Under the pieces are notes generated by a model. It was not told where the DNA came from. It saw only the letters and a list, made by a program, of their open reading frames with translations, and did no database searches. From positions 128,001 to 192,000 of IMG/VR virus record IMGVR_UViG_3300045004_000088: DNA of 64,000 nt. One strand, written 5' to 3'. Shown here in pieces: positions 9,292-18,112 of this stretch. Every line of letters starts with the position of its first letter. The stretch's first letter is position 1. The DNA is from a virus. Both the position numbers and the translations under genes were made by a program.

Positions 9292-10015
9292 CGGTCGCGC
9301 CTTCCACAGCTTCGTTCGCGGTCTGGAACGCCCCTACGATCAGCGCCTGAGTCAGATGATGATCGACACCACCAAGTACCTCGTCAAAGAGACTGCGGCG
9401 GTGATGGGCTACTGCCAGAGCGACGAGATCGGCCTGTGCTGGTACAGCGGCAACCCGGAAACCCAGATCTACTTCGACGGCCGCGTGGCGAAGATGATCA
9501 GTCAACTGGCCGCACAGACCAGCGTGTACTTCTACCGCCTGTGCGTGGACCGCCTGCCACCGGAGTACGCCGCGAAGATGCCGACCTTCGACTGTCGGTG
9601 CTGGACCGTGCCGAACTTCAACGAAGCCGCGAACACCTTCCTCTGGAGGGAGTTGGACGCGAGCAAGAACTCGATCTCGATGGCGGCGCGGAGCGTGTAC
9701 TCGCACAAGGCGTTGGAGAACAAGAACGGGTCGGAGATGCAGGAGATGCTCTGGCAGAAGGGCGTCAACTGGAACGACTACCCCCGGTTCTTCAAGCGGG
9801 GAACCTTCATCCAGCGGCAGATCGTGACCCGGAAGTTCACCACCGACGAACTCGACAAGTTGCCGCCGCAGCACGAGGCCCGGCACAACCCGGAACTGAC
9901 CTACGAGCGGTCGGACTACGTCGAACTGGACATGCCGCCCTTCAACAAGGTGGCGAACCGAGCGGCGGTCATCTTCGAGGGTGCCAAGCCGCAACTCTAC
10001 TCGTGTGCCGGGTGA
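9194..10015 (+). CDS. Thg1-like protein (tRNA-His guanylyltransferase family 3'-5' nucleotidyltransferase)
   Basis: GGAG RBS. VMARIDGRAFHSF matches the Thg1 VVVRLDGRNFHRF motif; GYCQSDE matches the GxSDE metal site. Confidence 0.7.
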   Translation: MESDALGDRMKMYERAGTAERFMPLLPVMARIDGRAFHSFVRGLERPYDQRLSQMMIDTTKYLVKETAAVMGYCQSDEIGLCWYSGNPETQIYFDGRVAKMISQLAAQTSVYFYRLCVDRLPPEYAAKMPTFDCRCWTVPNFNEAANTFLWRELDASKNSISMAARSVYSHKALENKNGSEMQEMLWQKGVNWNDYPRFFKRGTFIQRQIVTRKFTTDELDKLPPQHEARHNPELTYERSDYVELDMPPFNKVANRAAVIFEGAKPQLYSCAG

Positions 10016-10018
10016 ACC

Positions 10019-10219
10019 ATGAACCTCTGGTGTCGTCTGTTCCACCGCTGGAAGTACCACACCTACTTCGGCCCGACGTGTACGGAAACGACCGTCCACG
10101 CGGCTTGCGAAAAGTGCAAAAAGGTGTACGTCAGGATCTCTCGCGACTGTGCGCCGAGCGACGTGTTCTTCCAGAAAACCGGCATCGACTACAACTCGGT
10201 CGCAACCAAGTTCAACTAA
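10019..10219 (+). CDS. small Cys-containing hypothetical protein
   Basis: 66-aa ORF starting 4 nt after the Thg1-like stop. Confidence 0.4.
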   Translation: MNLWCRLFHRWKYHTYFGPTCTETTVHAACEKCKKVYVRISRDCAPSDVFFQKTGIDYNSVATKFN

Positions 10220-10258
10220 AGCAGCAAAGGCTACCAATTTGGTAGCCTTTGCTGCTTT
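10218..10258 (+). terminator. perfect hairpin terminator
   Basis: AAAGCAGCAAAGGCTACCAAA/TTTGGTAGCCTTTGCTGCTTT inverted repeat right after the stop at 10219. Confidence 0.6.
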
Positions 10259-10286
10259 AGTTGGTACAATCGAGTCGGAGGAACAC

Positions 10287-10403
10287 ATGCCGACCCCCCT
10301 CGAAATGATCGACGCGAAAGTCAAGAACTGCAAGCGTTGCGGTCTGTGCGACGGTCGCAAGAACACGGTTTTCGGCGAGGGCAATCCTTCCTTCTCTAAC
10401 TAA
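10287..10403 (+). pseudogene. N-terminal 38-aa fragment of a family-4 uracil-DNA glycosylase, truncated
   Basis: CKRCGLCDGRKNTVFGEGNPSF matches the UDG4 CxRCxLxxxRxxxVxGEGN motif. A stop follows; the rest of the domain is absent and a low-GC insert comes next. Confidence 0.5.
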
Positions 10404-10431
10404 CCATCTGTGCTGGTGATGGGTACAAAAA

Positions 10432-10482
10432 CACCGAGACGATATTGGATCACTCAAGTCCCGAACACCGTCTCGGTATTTA
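10432..10482 (-). terminator. hairpin with U-tract downstream of the minus gene ending 10524
   Basis: ACCGAGACG/CGTCTCGGT 9-bp stem with a large loop, followed by TTTTTG on the minus strand. Confidence 0.3.
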
Positions 10483-10523
10483 CTGTCTTCGGAGTTTATC
10501 TTTTACTTCCTGTAAGTCGCCGT

Positions 10524-11009
10524 TTATCTTTTCTTCATGCGTTTTGGACTGTTTGTAATACGAATGATCCTATCAACTTCTGATTCTTCTGGTTGAGACA
10601 TCCGACGCTCAACCTCTGCATCTGCTTGTTTTTGAAGTCGTGTATCTCGCTCATCATCTGTTTCCCAATTATCCATTTCTCCAGGCTTGATAAGCCCAAA
10701 GTGCTTATACGCTGGCCCAAATTTTTCCATTTCCTTTGGCGTACTGTTACGAATTAGTGGGTTGGGATGAGATTTATACTTCTCATAATGCTGCATGGCT
10801 TGTTGCATATATTGGTCATCTGGACTCAATTGTTGGGCTATAGGAGCCTGAACTGCCCCGCCAGCACCTAACATAGTTCCAGCAACAAGTGCTGGAGCAA
10901 GGGCTTTCTTTCCTAACCATCGCCCAGCACTACGCAATTGATGCCCACCCCAAATTTCATTATACATTTGCTGATCTCGTACAGCAAGCCATTCGTGAAA
11001 TGTATTCAT
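10524..11009 (-). CDS. hypothetical protein in a lower-GC inserted block
   Basis: Met 168 of ORF 10524..11510; starts 4 nt after the stop of 11014..11955; local composition is AT-richer. Confidence 0.45.
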   Translation of the reverse strand: MNTFHEWLAVRDQQMYNEIWGGHQLRSAGRWLGKKALAPALVAGTMLGAGGAVQAPIAQQLSPDDQYMQQAMQHYEKYKSHPNPLIRNSTPKEMEKFGPAYKHFGLIKPGEMDNWETDDERDTRLQKQADAEVERRMSQPEESEVDRIIRITNSPKRMKKR

Positions 11010-11013
11010 ACAG

Positions 11014-11955
11014 CTATTTAGTAGATGGACTTGATTTTTGCAAAAACTGACCTCTCTCATCACGCTCCATAACCCTCTTCTTCTGACTTTCAGAGAGTTT
11101 CTTACGGCTCTCGTCACTCCACACCTTGCCCAAATGGGCCGTGCGGCGTCCGTTGTGCTTCTCGGCAAGAGCCTGACACTCATCAACCTCAAGCACCTGG
11201 GTCGGGATGAATGGATTGACCGAGTTGATCTCGGCACGGCACAGTTTACAGCCGTTGTCGTTTCGGCTGGTGTCGAAGTACAGGACGATCTCCTTGAGAT
11301 GTGGCCGCAGCAGTACCGCCTTGTTCTCACCTTCTGCTTGCACCACGTCGCCACAAAGGGTCTGGATAGTTGTTGCCGCTTCCAGAAGATGTTGCTTGGA
11401 CTGCCGGTACTCAGAAACCAGGGAATGCAGACCAACCTCCAGTTGTTCGATCTCCACCTGTTTGTCCTTGATAAACTGTTTGATGTCAGGATCGTCGCCC
11501 ATGTCAGCAAACTTCAAGATCAACTTCTGCTTCTCGGCTTTCAAAGAAACGACCTTACCACGCACAGACTGGTGAACTTCATCAAAGATTTCTTGGTACG
11601 TCAATTCCAAATAGTCGGCGTCATTGTCTGGAGTCGCCATGTACTTCCACGCACGCTTCTTGAAGTTCTTGGCCTTCTCATCCTCCGTATCGCCAGGGAG
11701 GTTAGCGAAGATGAACTTATACATCTTCTGAGCGACTTCACCGCAAGCGGCGATGGCATTGTCTGTCCGCTTGTTTGTTGGGTCCAGCATCTCTCCGATC
11801 AGTTCGTTGACGATGCCGTTGGAGGACTTGACCTTTTCACAGAGCGTAAGGTAGCTCTTTTCGAGCCAACGCAGCCAGTTGTCAATGATTTCGTGGATCA
11901 CGTCGATCTTGACTGCCCCACACTTCTCACAGCGATAGTTTTTCGACGGCTTCAT
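11014..11955 (-). CDS. NUMOD3-motif protein, putative homing-endonuclease-like or DNA-binding
   Basis: 313-aa ORF; C-term GRRTAHLGKVWSDESRKKLSESQKKR resembles NUMOD3; N-term CEKCG; lies inside the UDG-disrupting insert. Confidence 0.5.
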   Translation of the reverse strand: MKPSKNYRCEKCGAVKIDVIHEIIDNWLRWLEKSYLTLCEKVKSSNGIVNELIGEMLDPTNKRTDNAIAACGEVAQKMYKFIFANLPGDTEDEKAKNFKKRAWKYMATPDNDADYLELTYQEIFDEVHQSVRGKVVSLKAEKQKLILKFADMGDDPDIKQFIKDKQVEIEQLEVGLHSLVSEYRQSKQHLLEAATTIQTLCGDVVQAEGENKAVLLRPHLKEIVLYFDTSRNDNGCKLCRAEINSVNPFIPTQVLEVDECQALAEKHNGRRTAHLGKVWSDESRKKLSESQKKRVMERDERGQFLQKSSPSTK

Positions 11956-12043
11956 CCCATCGACGGCAGCGCGTTCGACTGCGACATCCTCGACATGATC
12001 GCCGCGTTGAAGAAGAAATACGCCGACAAGCCATAATTACAGC

Positions 12044-12409
12044 ATGTTCAAAAAATGGCTCGTCTTACGCGAAAACGATGAATCAGCCTTCATTCAGGCC
12101 ATCAAAGCGAACCCGACAGACCGCACGCTCTGGCTGGTCTACGCCGACTGGCTAGATGAACACGACCGCCCCGAAGAGGCGGCGGCAATCCGCAAGGCTA
12201 AAGCCGCCCCTCCTCCGAAAAGCCGACAAGTCAACAGCATGGGCGAACGCGAGTACCAGAGCTTCGGTACTTGGCGGAAAGCGATCATGACCGAGTTCCC
12301 CGGAGCCACATTTGACGGCAACAAGGACATTGCACAAGCATTGTTCTACGGTACGGGTGTCGGCGAATGGGACGGGGAACGCGGGGTCATCTACGCCAGG
12401 AACAGTTAA
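12044..12409 (+). CDS. TIGR02996-like (repeat-companion domain) protein
   Basis: ANPTDRTLWLVYADWLDEHDRPEEAAAIR matches a motif that is expanded in Planctomycetes and Myxococcota. Confidence 0.55.
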   Translation: MFKKWLVLRENDESAFIQAIKANPTDRTLWLVYADWLDEHDRPEEAAAIRKAKAAPPPKSRQVNSMGEREYQSFGTWRKAIMTEFPGATFDGNKDIAQALFYGTGVGEWDGERGVIYARNS

Positions 12410-12864
12410 GACTTGCCTTTGCCGTAGTGTCTAGCAATGGCGCGAGCTACGTCCGGCCAGATCCTGCGAACACCGGGGTGCAGGTTCTTTGACGTGATGT
12501 GTGACAGCGGCACCCATTCGTAATCGCTGCTCTCGTCACTCAACTTGACGTTGTACGGCTTCTCAATGGTCATCAGATACGTCTTGAAGACGTGGTGGCC
12601 GTCCTGATCGGTGAAGTCATCGATCCGCGTCATCGACGGCAGATTGCCACTCTCTTCTTTGGCCTCACGGTGGGCCGCGCCGATGTCCGATTCGCCCGAC
12701 TTCACTTTGCCGCCAGGAATGGCCCAGGTGTTGGGTTGGTCGCACGGCGGCTTCCGCTTCAGCAAAAGAACCACATCACCGTCCGTCATGAACAGACCGG
12801 CTCCACGTTTGCCGTACCGCTTCTTGCCGCCGGCACCGATTCGCGAAAACCCGGATTTACTCAC
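12406..12864 (-). CDS. Nudix hydrolase
   Basis: Nudix box GGKVKSGESDIGAAHREAKEESG (GX5EX7REUXEEXGU). Confidence 0.7.
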   Translation of the reverse strand: MSKSGFSRIGAGGKKRYGKRGAGLFMTDGDVVLLLKRKPPCDQPNTWAIPGGKVKSGESDIGAAHREAKEESGNLPSMTRIDDFTDQDGHHVFKTYLMTIEKPYNVKLSDESSDYEWVPLSHITSKNLHPGVRRIWPDVARAIARHYGKGKS

Positions 12865-13436
12865 TTCGGACCCCTCTTCAAAGGAACCGCTTTCAGCTTC
12901 TCAAGGTGCTTGTCGGGAACGCCCTTGAGGTGGTGCATCATGTTCTTCAACTTGTTGGCGATCTGGTTGGCACCAGTGCCGTCAACGACTTTGGAACTGT
13001 TGACTGAAACGGTCTTGCGGTCGCGATTGTAGAACCCGCGAGACATCACAAACGAGTGATGTTGTGGATTGAAACTGACGAGTCCGACCCATTCGCCGTC
13101 GTCCCAGTTGCGGCTGGAAACGAGAATGCGAAGCGGTTTCTCGTCAAACACCAACTTGACGTGGTATCCGTTGTTCTTCAGAGCCGCGCTGACGTAGCCC
13201 AGACAAATCTTGGCGAACGCTTCTTCGGCGTCTTTCAGGCTTGTGCGGTAATTGACTTCGACGCTGTAACGGGTAGATTCAGCCCCTTCGAGCAACATCT
13301 CATCGGGTTCGTCTTTGCAGGCTTCGGTGAAGAAAGCGACGGCCGTTCGTGCGAGCGCGGGGACGCTCACTTCGACAAAATGCTTGCCGACGATTTCGTT
13401 GACCAGTTTCTTTCGGTAGTCTTTCCAAGAACGCAT
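12861..13436 (-). CDS. hypothetical protein
   Basis: 191-aa ORF, 4-nt overlap with the downstream Nudix gene (operon-like). Confidence 0.55.
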   Translation of the reverse strand: MRSWKDYRKKLVNEIVGKHFVEVSVPALARTAVAFFTEACKDEPDEMLLEGAESTRYSVEVNYRTSLKDAEEAFAKICLGYVSAALKNNGYHVKLVFDEKPLRILVSSRNWDDGEWVGLVSFNPQHHSFVMSRGFYNRDRKTVSVNSSKVVDGTGANQIANKLKNMMHHLKGVPDKHLEKLKAVPLKRGPK

Positions 13437-13437
13437 G

Positions 13438-14073
13438 TCACCCCATGATGATGCCGTGGGCCTTCAACCACTCGGCGAATGCCACTTTGTCGTATTTACT
13501 CCTCTTGGAAGTATTCTGCCTGCCGGATAGTGGCTGAAGATTTTCCAGGCAGTTAATCAGCTTCGGGTCAGTGATGCCATTCTCGATAAAGGCATTGATC
13601 GGGAAAATGTGATCGAGGTGCCAAGAGCCGCCACAAACTTTGGCATAGTTCGGATGCGACAAGACGTAAGTCTGAAGTTCCTTTGGGGTGTATCCCAAAA
13701 TCTCGTGAGTACGGCGAGCCTTTGTAGTCTTTCCGGCTTTCAAACTCGATGACAAAGCTTTGTAAATCTTCTTGCGGAAGAGTTCATTCTCTCTGGCCTT
13801 CTGGCGGTCGGCGATCCACTGATAGTTGTTGGCTCCACTGACCTTCTTTATCCATTCTCGATTGTTTGACCGCTTCTCTTGAATCTTCTTCAAGCCGCAC
13901 TCATAACAGTTCTGTTTTTGATGAACGAAAGCGCCAAGTGTGACAGCAGACATGTTGCCACACTTGCAACGATAAGCCACTGGCGTAACACTGTTCTTGT
14001 AAACAGTGTCAAGCAATTCGCATCCGCGATCAGCAAACATCTGGCGCACTTGTTCTATGGTGAATTTTCTCAT
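13438..14073 (-). CDS. HNH homing endonuclease
   Basis: WHLDHIFPI...NLQPL...N HNH motif; lower-GC island; Met 23 of ORF 13438..14139 (longer alt start at 14139). Confidence 0.65.
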   Translation of the reverse strand: MRKFTIEQVRQMFADRGCELLDTVYKNSVTPVAYRCKCGNMSAVTLGAFVHQKQNCYECGLKKIQEKRSNNREWIKKVSGANNYQWIADRQKARENELFRKKIYKALSSSLKAGKTTKARRTHEILGYTPKELQTYVLSHPNYAKVCGGSWHLDHIFPINAFIENGITDPKLINCLENLQPLSGRQNTSKRSKYDKVAFAEWLKAHGIIMG

Positions 14074-14107
14074 GCCATATTGTAGTGCATTATAATTGGA
14101 AAATGTC

Positions 14108-15010
14108 TTATCCCATGACGATGGGCAACTGCCCATCACCGAATCTGGTGATCAGTCTCTCTTCCCATTCCTTCTTTTCCTCGCGGCCCTCTTGCAACAG
14201 AGTGTCGCCGTCGAGTTGTACGCCGCCGTTCGGCCCAGGCGGGTTTTTGATCTTGCTCCTGATTCGGCCGAGCATGATCTTGGCGAAACACAACGCCCCT
14301 TCTTTCATGGCGTGAGCCACACGGCCCCAGTCCTTGTGCTTCTGAATGTAGTGGACGGCCACCTTGTGTACCCGGTACGGGATCGGGTAGATCTTGATGT
14401 GTTGGAAGTCGCCCAACCACTCCCACCCGCCCAGGTTAGAAGCGATTCGGGAGTACATTTGTTCGTACTGCTTGTACAGAACCCACTCGCCCATCCTGCC
14501 CCAGATCGGCTGGATCGGGTCGATCATGCCGCCCTGAATGCTGGCATAGGCACCGCCCGGATAGAAATACTCGACCGGCAGCGAACCGCCCAGGTCGGAC
14601 GCGGCGAACGCGAACGAGCCAGTTTCCTTGTACCGCACCTCTCGGATGTAACCGATTTCCGGCGGAAGTTTGTAAACGCTTTGGCCCGGCGTTGTGTTAA
14701 ATACGAACCACTCGAAGTATTCGCGTGGGGCGTACTCCTCGAATACTGCGAGTGCTTCGTCCACCGCGATGTCGAGTTGTTGATCGTTGAGTTCGATCAC
14801 GACTTCCGGCGCACCTAACATGGCGAGAACGTAGTCTTTGATCTGGTCTATTACCTTTGATCGGTCGCGTCTCGGACCCAGTTGTTTGATGTCCAACGGA
14901 TCGGCTACACCGAGGCCGTTGCCGCCGCCACAGCCACTTGCACAAACACCGCCGCCCTGCGTGTAAGAAGGGCGGGGCAAGACGATTTGATTGCTACCAC
15001 AATTTCCCAT
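14108..15010 (-). CDS. hypothetical protein (MGNCGS, Gly/Cys-rich N-terminus); possible virion component
   Basis: 300-aa ORF at the head of a minus-strand cluster; function not recognisable. Confidence 0.55.
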   Translation of the reverse strand: MGNCGSNQIVLPRPSYTQGGGVCASGCGGGNGLGVADPLDIKQLGPRRDRSKVIDQIKDYVLAMLGAPEVVIELNDQQLDIAVDEALAVFEEYAPREYFEWFVFNTTPGQSVYKLPPEIGYIREVRYKETGSFAFAASDLGGSLPVEYFYPGGAYASIQGGMIDPIQPIWGRMGEWVLYKQYEQMYSRIASNLGGWEWLGDFQHIKIYPIPYRVHKVAVHYIQKHKDWGRVAHAMKEGALCFAKIMLGRIRSKIKNPPGPNGGVQLDGDTLLQEGREEKKEWEERLITRFGDGQLPIVMG

Positions 15011-15017
15011 TGTGAGG

Positions 15018-15025
15018 TATATAGA
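15018..15025. promoter_or_regulatory. GTATATAG motif in a divergent intergenic region
   Basis: Lies between the minus gene start 15010 and the plus gene start 15056; same element as at 27424 and 18700. Confidence 0.3.
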
Positions 15026-15055
15026 TTAGCAACAGGAAGGTTTCAGAGATTGGTA

Positions 15056-17755
15056 ATGAGCAAGACTTTCTCAAGCTTCTTCAACGAACTGTACTACACT
15101 AAGGACCACGCTTATAGACGGCTCCGTCTGTTCAGCGAGATGGCGAAGCCCTTCCACATCTACAAGAAACCCATCGTGTTCGACAACACCGACGCGAAGT
15201 TCCTGTACCAGTTCCCTCGTAAGTTCTGGCTCCAGGCGATGGTGATGAGGTATCGCACCGACCTGTTCAAAGCGCTCAAGGGTCGTCACGACAACCGTCA
15301 AAAGCTGTTCGACCGGAAATACGAAGAGGTTCTGCCAGAGATTCAGAAGCGGTTCGCCAAGAAGAAAAACGGCGACAAGCTCGCTCGTCGGCAGGCAATT
15401 TTGGTGGCCGAAGAGTACGCCGCCAAGCACGACATGGGCAAGCTCGAATTCCCGAAAGAGAAGACGTACACGTTCAAGCCCGCCGGCAAAGCCAAGCCGG
15501 TCCAAATCAACGCCAAGACGTACATGGACCAACTGGTTCACAAACTAGAGGGCGAGTACGGCGACCCGAACGGTTTCGACTTGGAACACCCGCGTCGTGG
15601 TCACGACGGCCGTCACATGTCAACTCGCGGCTTCAACTTCCCCACCGTTGACACGATCCGCGAGATGATGAGCGAATGGTTGAACTACATCGGTCACCAC
15701 ATGCTCGGAGAACTGCCCGGCGAAGGCGACGGCATTCACTGGCGGGCCGACCACGCGGGCGGTTCTGGGAAGACCCGGTTCGATGACACGTTCACCGTAA
15801 ACCGCATCAAAGAGGAGAGGTTCAAATACTGGTACGACCGGCTCCCGACCGAAGAGAACCCACTCCGACTCTGGCAGGAAGTCATGCCGGAAGACAAGAA
15901 GGGTGCCAGCACCCAAGAGATCAGGAACAACAACAGCAAACGAGAAAAGCTCGCCCGCGCTTTGGCCGAACGTGACGTTCGTCAAATGGCAGCGGACGGC
16001 AAGATACGCACACCGCCGACTCCGCAACACCCGGAAGGGCGGGTCGTTGACGTTGACGACCAGGGCGACATCAAACACCCGTCACTGCACATCCCTCACA
16101 AGAAGGTGAGCATCCGATATTTGAACTCGGACGGCGAAGAAGAGACGGCTGAAGAAGAGGTGCCGTACCTGCTTCCGGGCGGATTTTTGCGCAAGCTGTC
16201 GCCGGCCGAGAGCGACAGCATGGACGACGGAATCAAGACCGGCAAGCACTGGAACCCCGACAGCAAGCGGTTCGAGTCCCAGTATGTCTCGGTAACCGAT
16301 CACCCGGCCGCAGGCATGCAGGGTACGGATCACATCCGCGCCGGCGCTCTCAACCCGAACAACAACTCGACGGGCCGCAAGTTCCTCGATCCGAGCGATC
16401 CGAGCTACGACGAGCGTCTGGACCGGCTGAACGAAGAGATCGGTCTGAGGAACGACGGACAGTCGGCAGAAATCTACGATGCTATCGAAGCGGCTTTGAA
16501 GGCCGGCGGCACCGGCGGCATGGGAAACCACGAACGCCAAGTCCTGATGATGATGAAAAGGGATCTTCACAACTTGGCCTACATGATGTTGGTCGAGAAC
16601 TTGGACGAATCGGACAGCCGAATCTTCAACCCTGAGTGGCGGAAAAGGAAGATCCGCGACATGGTTGCGAAGTACGGCCAGCAAGACTGGGGTCGTGGCA
16701 GCCGGCGTCTTCGCGGATCAAAAGAAACTGACAGTCTGGATTCGGAAGTCGAAGAGGACGGTGAAGAAATGACACTAGCCGACAAGCTCCGCCAGCAGTT
16801 GACCAAAGCGAAGCAACAGGCTCTGGCTCTGAGAGGCAGCGGCAAGTGCAAGGTGGGGTCGGGGGAAAAGAGGTTGAACACGGGGGAGTGCCAGTTCGAG
16901 TACGACCTCAGACAACTTCACGCCATGCTCGACTCGGCCGACACCGAGGCCGCGAGTGCCGACGCCGACATCAAACGGGGTGAAGACGCGATTGACGGCG
17001 ACACGATGGGCGCGGGGGTTCAGGGCAAGCTCGACGCGACCTTCCGTGCTTTCACGGTGTTGAAGGCGCAGTTCGTCAACATGGGGCAGCAAGAGAAAGA
17101 GGCAGAAGAGTCGGCGATGGCGGCTTTGAAGGAGATCCTTCAGGACGACCCGCCCGCCAAGAGCATCATTTCTCGCGTGAGATACCGCATCAACAAGTTG
17201 GCCTCGAAAGCCGGCGAAGATGTGGAGAAGGCGAAGCTACAGCCAGTTGACCACGCTGCGGGTGCGGAACAAAACGAAGAGGAGATCCGAGACGCGGCGA
17301 CGAAACTGGGGGTGGTGGAAAAGACGCTCACGGGATTCCTTGAAGCCGGCAAGATCGAGCAGTATCTGTCGCGTGTCGAAACGCCGCACTTTGACGAAAC
17401 CATCAAGCAACTGATGGAGAAGTACCCGACTTTGAAGCCGCGTTATGACATGCTGTTGAAGCAGATAGCCGACGTGAAGAAGCAGAGGGAAATGGTGATC
17501 GGGAAGGCTCCGAACCTCCCGCAGACCAGAGAATCGAATCGGTTTAACTTGATTAGCTTGCTTCAAGACAACCGGCTCGACTTGATCCCGTTCAACACCC
17601 AGTTCAGAAGAATGGTCGGCGAGGGCAAGATCTTGTTGAAAAAAGTTCAAGAGATGCTGGAAGAGTTGAAGTGGCGGCAGGGAACGCTTTTGGCCCACCC
17701 CGATGACAAGGAAGCTATTGAGGCTTTCGAGGAGATCATCGGAGGCAAGAAGTGA
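15056..17755 (+). CDS. large hypothetical protein (~899 aa) with a coiled-coil-rich C-terminus; possible virion or assembly protein
   Basis: Met 59 of ORF 14882..17755 with RBS-like AGGAAGG upstream; no recognisable catalytic motifs. Confidence 0.6.
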   Translation: MSKTFSSFFNELYYTKDHAYRRLRLFSEMAKPFHIYKKPIVFDNTDAKFLYQFPRKFWLQAMVMRYRTDLFKALKGRHDNRQKLFDRKYEEVLPEIQKRFAKKKNGDKLARRQAILVAEEYAAKHDMGKLEFPKEKTYTFKPAGKAKPVQINAKTYMDQLVHKLEGEYGDPNGFDLEHPRRGHDGRHMSTRGFNFPTVDTIREMMSEWLNYIGHHMLGELPGEGDGIHWRADHAGGSGKTRFDDTFTVNRIKEERFKYWYDRLPTEENPLRLWQEVMPEDKKGASTQEIRNNNSKREKLARALAERDVRQMAADGKIRTPPTPQHPEGRVVDVDDQGDIKHPSLHIPHKKVSIRYLNSDGEEETAEEEVPYLLPGGFLRKLSPAESDSMDDGIKTGKHWNPDSKRFESQYVSVTDHPAAGMQGTDHIRAGALNPNNNSTGRKFLDPSDPSYDERLDRLNEEIGLRNDGQSAEIYDAIEAALKAGGTGGMGNHERQVLMMMKRDLHNLAYMMLVENLDESDSRIFNPEWRKRKIRDMVAKYGQQDWGRGSRRLRGSKETDSLDSEVEEDGEEMTLADKLRQQLTKAKQQALALRGSGKCKVGSGEKRLNTGECQFEYDLRQLHAMLDSADTEAASADADIKRGEDAIDGDTMGAGVQGKLDATFRAFTVLKAQFVNMGQQEKEAEESAMAALKEILQDDPPAKSIISRVRYRINKLASKAGEDVEKAKLQPVDHAAGAEQNEEEIRDAATKLGVVEKTLTGFLEAGKIEQYLSRVETPHFDETIKQLMEKYPTLKPRYDMLLKQIADVKKQREMVIGKAPNLPQTRESNRFNLISLLQDNRLDLIPFNTQFRRMVGEGKILLKKVQEMLEELKWRQGTLLAHPDDKEAIEAFEEIIGGKK

Positions 17756-17824
17756 CATCCTTCAGTGAATGGCTGGTCCAGAGACAGTGGCCCCCGCTTA
17801 TTACCTTCGGCAACTGGAGCGACG

Positions 17825-18112
17825 ATGAACGCGATGAACTGGATGGACCTTCTGTCGAACCCCAGAGGGGCGGCGGTAAAGAACTACATGCTGCAACTGC
17901 TCGGCGCGGAAAAGTACCAAAAACACCAGTCGTTCATCGAACGACTGGCGGTGAACCTTCAGACACAAAGTGATCTGGAGGACTTCGCGAACATCATGGT
18001 TTCGATATTCGAGAGCGGGTACTTCAAGGCGTTGAACGACTACAAAGACAAGTTCGAGAAGTTGGGTTACAACATCACGGTGTCGCGCGAAACCGTGGCT
18101 GAAAATCGCTGA
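17825..18112 (+). CDS. hypothetical protein
   Basis: Internal ATG of ORF 17765..18112 preceded by GGAG RBS. Confidence 0.45.
   Translation: MNAMNWMDLLSNPRGAAVKNYMLQLLGAEKYQKHQSFIERLAVNLQTQSDLEDFANIMVSIFESGYFKALNDYKDKFEKLGYNITVSRETVAENR

Noticed and set aside
9089-10384. 431-aa minus-strand ORF
   Set aside because: Antisense to the Thg1-like gene, with Arg/Val/Leu-rich composition typical of a GC-rich antisense frame.
11038-12036. 332-aa plus ORF
   Set aside because: Antisense to the NUMOD3-motif gene. It also cannot be the UDG continuation, because too little of the domain is left.
10287-12036. Group I intron or intein interrupting UDG
   Set aside because: No continuous ORF (so not an intein), and no downstream exon long enough to encode the remaining ~150 aa of UDG4 (so not a simple intron). 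Treated as truncation by insertion.
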